Source: Bacillota bacterium (GTDB taxonomy: Bacteria > Bacillota_I > Bacilli_A > RFN20 > CAG-826). From it: DNA of 31,255 nt. The notes beneath the pieces were generated by a model. That model worked only from the letters and a program-made list of their open reading frames with translations. It did not search any database and was not told the origin of the DNA. The position numbers and the translations under genes were made by a program. Within the stretch, counting starts at the first letter, position 1; every line of letters begins with the position of its first letter. Positions 26,523-31,255 of this stretch are shown in pieces. The stretch is taken from assembly GCA_041177725.1 (NCBI GenBank), contig JBEDAR010000005.1, positions 1 to 31,255 of the forward strand. Reading direction: 5' to 3'.

Positions 26523-27887
26523 TTACGCTTTTTTTAATCGTTTTTGTAATTGATCGATTGCGGTGGCAATTGCCTCATCAACTTTCAACGATTTTTCCAC
26601 TTTTTTCACAGCGTTCATCACCGTGGAGTGATCTTTACCACCAAAGAGAGCACCAATCTTTAAAAACGGCACATCTAATAGTTGGCGAATGAGATACATG
26701 GCAATATGTCTAGCCATTGCAATCTGATTCGTCCGTATTTTACCCGTTAGTTGCTGATTGGTTAAATTGTAATAATCTGCCACCGTATTGATGATTCTGT
26801 TTTCAGTTAAAGATGATGGATTCGATGATCCAATGAGTGGTTGCACAGATTCAATGGCGATATCCATGGTAATGTGTTTGGTTTGTTTGATGTTGATGAC
26901 ATAAAACACCAAGCGATTTAACGCCCCTTCTAATTCACGAACATTATTTGAAAAGCGTTCGGCGAAAAAATGAAAAACTTCTTCATCAAAGTAGGTGATA
27001 TCAAGGCCGTTAGCCTCGATCTTCTTTTTAAGAATGGCAACGCGAGTTGGTAAATCCGGAACCGTAATATTCATGGTAAGACCGGAACCAAATCTTGTGA
27101 CTAATCGCGCTTCTACACCGCGTATTTCACTAGGATGACGATCGCTGGTTAAGATAATTTGTTTTCCAGAATTAATTAAGTGATTAAAAATATGGAAGAA
27201 CATCTCTTCCGTTTTTACCTTTTCCGCCAAAAATTGGACATCATCAACCATTAACACATCAATAGATTTAAAAAAGTCCTTCATATTATCGGAATCTTTT
27301 TCACCACTCACATACTTAATGAATTCATCCACAAAATCGTCAGTGGTGATGTATAAGACCTTTAATGAGGGGGCGTTTTCTCTAATGTAATTGCCAATCG
27401 CATGAAGCAAGTGTGTCTTTCCTAAACCTGACTGTGCATAAATAAAGAGTGGATTATAGTTGAATAACTTTCCAGGACTAGAAGCGATTAAAACTGCCGC
27501 TTGATGCGCTTCACGATTGGAAGTGCCGACCACAAAATTATCAAAGGTGTATTTGCGATTGACAAAAGAGCTAGCAAAAAAAGAAGGCTTCTTTTCAGTT
27601 TTTTTAGCATTCTTTTCTAAATCACCCTTTTGTAGAAAGGAGAGTTTAAAGTTTGTTTGAGTGACTTCGGTCACGGTCATATTTAAAACATCTAAATATT
27701 TAGTGGAAAGTAAATTGGCGGCCAATCCAGAATTAACCACAATCTTAATTTCGTTATTCTCGAGGGATTGAATGTAAGTGTCTCCAAAAAAAGAATCAAA
27801 AATATGACGGTCGTTAATGCGGTTTTGCAATTTATCAAGGACACGATCCCAAATTTGCGCTATTTCAGATAAGGTTGGGTTTACCAT
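26523..27887 (-). CDS. dnaA: Chromosomal replication initiator DnaA
   Basis: YTFDNFVVG, YNPLFIY..SGLGKTHL, DDVQFL, SDRHP, RLVTRF, NVRELEGAL and GGKDHSTV. Start placed at MVNPTL (27887); the track's upstream extension runs through DnaA-box DNA. Confidence 0.97.
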   Translation of the reverse strand: MVNPTLSEIAQIWDRVLDKLQNRINDRHIFDSFFGDTYIQSLENNEIKIVVNSGLAANLLSTKYLDVLNMTVTEVTQTNFKLSFLQKGDLEKNAKKTEKKPSFFASSFVNRKYTFDNFVVGTSNREAHQAAVLIASSPGKLFNYNPLFIYAQSGLGKTHLLHAIGNYIRENAPSLKVLYITTDDFVDEFIKYVSGEKDSDNMKDFFKSIDVLMVDDVQFLAEKVKTEEMFFHIFNHLINSGKQIILTSDRHPSEIRGVEARLVTRFGSGLTMNITVPDLPTRVAILKKKIEANGLDITYFDEEVFHFFAERFSNNVRELEGALNRLVFYVINIKQTKHITMDIAIESVQPLIGSSNPSSLTENRIINTVADYYNLTNQQLTGKIRTNQIAMARHIAMYLIRQLLDVPFLKIGALFGGKDHSTVMNAVKKVEKSLKVDEAIATAIDQLQKRLKKA

Positions 27888-27948
27888 ATGTTCAACATTA
27901 TAGTAAATGAATGTGTAAAAAAACACCGAAAAAATTGTAAAAAATCTT

Positions 27949-28065
27949 TTATCCACAATTGGGTGAGTCAAAATCTCGATTTAGTCTTACTTTCCACCCA
28001 ATCCACATCCTAATAATGTGGATAACTTTGTGGATAAACTTCTGCACAAAGAATTAAGTGGAAAA
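27949..28065. promoter_or_regulatory. DnaA-box cluster upstream of dnaA (second part of a bipartite oriC)
   Basis: Perfect boxes TTATCCACA at 27949-27957 and TGTGGATAA at 28017-28025 and 28029-28037; degenerate boxes at 27999-28007, 28040-28048 and 28057-28065; A/T-rich tract follows (about 28071-28140). Confidence 0.88.
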
Positions 28066-28151
28066 CACCTTAATGAATGATTAAGTAGTAAACATTTTAA
28101 TTTTATTTTTTCTTTTTTAAAAAATGTAAGTTTTATTAAAGTGGTTTTGTT

Positions 28152-28181
28152 TTGACAATTTCACTAGATAATGACTATAAT
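28152..28181 (+). promoter_or_regulatory. Consensus sigma-A promoter of the rpmH operon
   Basis: TTGACA (28152-28157), 18-nt spacer, TATAAT (28176-28181); SD GGAGGT upstream of ATG 28221. Confidence 0.8.
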
Positions 28182-28220
28182 TTTATGCGCATACAAAATG
28201 TATGACCTGGAGGTTTTCGG

Positions 28221-28355
28221 ATGAAACGCACATATCAACCAAGTAAGAGACGTCGCCAATCCATACATGGATTTCGTCAAAGAATGGCTACCAAGGGGGG
28301 CCGTAAGGTTTTGAAATTACGTCGTCAACAAGGTAGAAAGAAACTTTCTGCTTAA
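28221..28355 (+). CDS. rpmH: 50S ribosomal protein L34
   Basis: Not in ORF track (44 aa): [44 protein letters not shown]. Confidence 0.97.
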   Translation: MKRTYQPSKRRRQSIHGFRQRMATKGGRKVLKLRRQQGRKKLSA

Positions 28356-28370
28356 TAAAGGTTAGCTTTT

Positions 28371-28709
28371 GTGAAACGAAGTCACCGTTTACTCAAAGAC
28401 GCTGACTTTCAAACGGTTCTCAACCATAAAAAGTTTCTTAAGTCACAAGAATTTACTTTGTACGGTTGCAAACAATCAATAGGGCACACGAGGGTGGGTC
28501 TCTCTGTAGGGAAAAAAGTTGGAAACGCAGTTGTCAGAAACAAAATACGTCGCCAAATTAGAATGATGTTATCTACCAACCTTGATCTTCGCGATTCTAT
28601 TGATTACATTGTGATGGTTCGTAATACATACCTTTCACAAACATTTCAAAACAATCAAACCAACTTGCTTAATCTATTTGAAAACCTTCGGAGGAAGTTA
28701 ATCGGATGA
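28371..28709 (+). CDS. rnpA: Ribonuclease P protein component
   Basis: RVGLSVGKKVGNAVVRNKIRRQIR (RNR motif); GTG start; canonical position after rpmH. Confidence 0.95.
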   Translation: MKRSHRLLKDADFQTVLNHKKFLKSQEFTLYGCKQSIGHTRVGLSVGKKVGNAVVRNKIRRQIRMMLSTNLDLRDSIDYIVMVRNTYLSQTFQNNQTNLLNLFENLRRKLIG

Positions 28710-30037
28710 AACTTACTAAATCACAAAAACTCATGGCGTTGTTTGGAGGCTTGTTTATATTATCCTCATGCACCGCAAGTTTTTGTTCACCTCAAGACAT
28801 CAGTCGCGTGATGTACGCTTATGAAAGTGGCAACACCAGTGAAGATCCAAATCTTTTCATTGCTAACCCCGGTTTACAAGGCATCATCGATGAGGCTGAA
28901 TCGAATGGATTTGATACACCTTCCGACGCATTTTGGTTAGCCTTAGATACCAAAGTTCTTGAAGCTGCAACTGCAGCCGCTAATGCGAACAACGAAACAA
29001 ATTTAGATGAACAAAACATCCTCACAAACTATGGTTATGTTAAATTTTTAGGAACCAACTCGATCTTATGGGGTAATTTTAATCGCTGGGTTAACGAAAT
29101 CAAACTCGACCTACCACTCAGTGAAACCCCCAACCTTGATTTCACCAATTTATATAAAACCACGATTGATCAATTTGCTTCTCAATATCGGTCTTGCATT
29201 ACCACAACTACCGGGAACTATGGACCTAATGGTGAATACTTATTTGAAGGCAAAACCTGGGCAGAAGCCTTTAATCGGGGTTTAATTGAGGGTTTGTTTG
29301 TTTATCCCGTTGCTTTCTTGGTGGAGTTTTTCAATAATCTTTTTGTCTCCGACATATCTGGTTTAAGTCAAGTGCTAGCAATTCTTTTCACCACCGTGAT
29401 TGTTAGAGGGTTAATGATTGCTGTGACTTTTAAATCAACTCTAGCCTCTCAAAAAATGAGTTTGCTCCAACCAGAAATTGCTAAATTACAAAATAAATAT
29501 CCCAACGCCAATACGAATCAATATGAAAAACAAAGAATGGCGCAAGAGCAATGGGCAATTTATCAAAAACATGGTGTAAACCCATTTAACCAAATCTTGA
29601 TTGCCTTTGTTCAATTTCCTGTTTTTATCGCAGTTTGGGGTGCAATGACAGGGTCTGCAGTCCTTGCTACAGGAAGTTTTCTTGGTTTAAATCTTTCTTC
29701 ACCCTTAGGTGGAGTCATCACATCAACTTGGTTCCAAGGACCTTGGTGGACTGCCACTGTTATTTTTGTCCTGATGACACTGGCACAATTCATTGCGATG
29801 AAATTACCAATGTGGTTCCAAAAATCAGCGCAAAAGAAAGTCGCACATACGGTTAAAAGTAGCGCCGCTCAACAATCCCAATCTCAAGCGAATATGGTTA
29901 GTAATGTGATGTTTATTATGATCATTGTGATGGGTTTCTCTTTACCAAGCGCCATGGGAATTTATTGGTTTATTGGTGCGATTATTTCCTTGGCACAAAC
30001 GCTATTAACCCGTCAACTTATCGGAGGTAAAAGATGA
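28706..30037 (+). CDS. yidC: Membrane protein insertase YidC (long lipoprotein form)
   Basis: Lipobox LSSC, extracytoplasmic domain, then TTVIVRG, LQPEIAKLQNKY, HGVNP, QFPVF and PSAMGIYW. Confidence 0.93.
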   Translation: MKLTKSQKLMALFGGLFILSSCTASFCSPQDISRVMYAYESGNTSEDPNLFIANPGLQGIIDEAESNGFDTPSDAFWLALDTKVLEAATAAANANNETNLDEQNILTNYGYVKFLGTNSILWGNFNRWVNEIKLDLPLSETPNLDFTNLYKTTIDQFASQYRSCITTTTGNYGPNGEYLFEGKTWAEAFNRGLIEGLFVYPVAFLVEFFNNLFVSDISGLSQVLAILFTTVIVRGLMIAVTFKSTLASQKMSLLQPEIAKLQNKYPNANTNQYEKQRMAQEQWAIYQKHGVNPFNQILIAFVQFPVFIAVWGAMTGSAVLATGSFLGLNLSSPLGGVITSTWFQGPWWTATVIFVLMTLAQFIAMKLPMWFQKSAQKKVAHTVKSSAAQQSQSQANMVSNVMFIMIIVMGFSLPSAMGIYWFIGAIISLAQTLLTRQLIGGKR

Positions 30038-30633
30038 AAACTTACACCACCAAAACCCTAGAAGATGCATTAGCTCAAGCAGAAAAAGAACTCAATATTC
30101 CCGCTAACGATTTATCTTATAAAATTGTTGAAGAAAAAGCGGGTTTATTTTCTCGAAAGTTGGTAGTTGAAGTTTACGAAGTATCTGACGCTATCGCTTT
30201 TGCAGAAGCCTATCTTGTTAAAGCTATCTCGCAATTCGGCATTGAAGTCAAAACCAAAACCGAACTTAAAGATGACATCATCAACATTACATTAGACACC
30301 TCTAGAAATCCCATTTTGATTGGTAAAAACGGTATTACGTTACAAGCATTAAATGAGCTTGTACGACTAGCAACCTCGAGTAAATTTAAAAAAAGATTCC
30401 GAATTTTACTCGACATCAATGATTATAAGGAAGCAAAATATGACAAGGTTGTATCGATTGCAAAACGCCTGGCAAAAGATGTTGTCAGGACCAAACAAGA
30501 TATCACCTTGGATCCAATGCCTGCGGATGAAAGACGAATGGTGCATAATGCACTTACCGGCATGCCTAATATTAAAACAGAAAGTGTGGGCGAAGGAGCC
30601 CATCGTGCCATTTGCATACGCTATATCGCATAA
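30034..30633 (+). CDS. jag: RNA-binding protein Jag/EloR/KhpB
   Basis: Jag_N (TLEDALAQAEKEL), KH (LIGKNGITLQAL) and R3H (PMPADERRMVHNAL). Confidence 0.93.
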   Translation: MKTYTTKTLEDALAQAEKELNIPANDLSYKIVEEKAGLFSRKLVVEVYEVSDAIAFAEAYLVKAISQFGIEVKTKTELKDDIINITLDTSRNPILIGKNGITLQALNELVRLATSSKFKKRFRILLDINDYKEAKYDKVVSIAKRLAKDVVRTKQDITLDPMPADERRMVHNALTGMPNIKTESVGEGAHRAICIRYIA

Positions 30634-30637
30634 ACAC

Positions 30638-30656
30638 AGCCCGAAAGGGCTTTTTT
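30638..30656 (+). terminator. Intrinsic terminator-like hairpin between jag and mnmE
   Basis: AGCCC-GAAA-GGGCT followed by TTTTT. Confidence 0.7.
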
Positions 30657-30661
30657 AATCC

Positions 30662-31255
30662 ATGAACCTATTTACGGATACCATTGTTGCCCTCGCTACG
30701 CCACCAACCAAAAGTGCCTTGGCAATTATTCGCCTTTCTGGACCACAAGCATTTTCAATTTTTTCAAGCATCTTTTCCAAGGATTTAAACCTAGAAAAAG
30801 AAAGAGGCGTCCACTTAGGCACGATTACCAATGAAGGCGAAATGATTGATCAGGCGATTGTAATTCAATATATTGAACCGAAAAGTTTTACGGGTGAAAA
30901 TTTATTGGAAATCATTATTCATGGTTCGCCACTCATCGCGCAACAACTCATTGAGGTTTTGATTACTAAAGGTGCTAGGAGCGCTAATCCCGGAGAATTT
31001 TCATCTCGAGCCTATCTTAATCAAAAAATGGATTTAGTCCAAGCAGAAGCCATTCATGATGTGATTCAAGCAACCACCATCGAAGCCAAACGCTTATCAT
31101 TGTTGTCTTTAACAGGTAAAACAAGTGAAAAACTAAATCCAATTAGAGAAAGAATCGCTGACATCTTGTCATTAATTGAAGTCAACATTGATTATCCGGA
31201 ATACCAAGACATTGAACAGGCGAGTAAAGAAAAAATCATCATCGACTGTACAGAA
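30662..31255 (+). CDS. mnmE: tRNA modification GTPase MnmE/TrmE, 5' part (runs off window)
   Basis: Not in ORF track. MNLFTDTIVALATPP..SALAIIRLSGP, PKSFTGEN, PGEFSSRAYLNQKMDLVQAEAI and EVNIDYPEY; frame open to the window end. Confidence 0.95.
   Translation, partial: MNLFTDTIVALATPPTKSALAIIRLSGPQAFSIFSSIFSKDLNLEKERGVHLGTITNEGEMIDQAIVIQYIEPKSFTGENLLEIIIHGSPLIAQQLIEVLITKGARSANPGEFSSRAYLNQKMDLVQAEAIHDVIQATTIEAKRLSLLSLTGKTSEKLNPIRERIADILSLIEVNIDYPEYQDIEQASKEKIIIDCTE

Noticed and set aside
26417-26692. 91-aa + strand ORF across the dnaA-dnaN spacer
   Set aside because: It runs antisense through the DnaA boxes and the dnaA 3' end; the DNA is fully explained by oriC.

Overview
AT-rich chromosomal window spanning the replication origin of a genome-reduced, Bacilli/Mollicutes-like bacterium that reads UGA as stop (code 11). 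Right part: canonical origin region, with rpmH-rnpA-yidC-jag-mnmE(partial) on + and dnaA-dnaN / yaaA-recF-gyrB-gyrA-serS-tadA on -. It has DnaA boxes on both sides of dnaA and a B. subtilis-like unwinding module (two boxes, GC clamp, DnaA-trios) upstream of dnaN. Left part: mixed housekeeping and accessory genes: GrpB-family protein, rlmD, EEP phosphodiesterase, TM2 protein, esterase, metG, rpmE, Pr6Pr protein, two lipoproteins, tldD-tldE, mscL and a degenerate M50-like protease. Three features are missing from the ORF track: the C-terminus of a heliorhodopsin-like protein at the left edge, rpmH, and the 5' part of mnmE. Best leads: (1) the heliorhodopsin fragment with an SLIGK retinal-lysine motif; (2) a translationally coupled pair of an orphan tail-anchored protein and a TM-RCK-RyR-domain channel-like protein; (3) a structured, non-coding ~200-nt element upstream of tldD; (4) natural quinolone-resistance-type residues in both GyrA and GyrB. 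No rRNA, tRNA, CRISPR array or mobile element was seen. All family calls are from motif recognition by eye, not from database searches.
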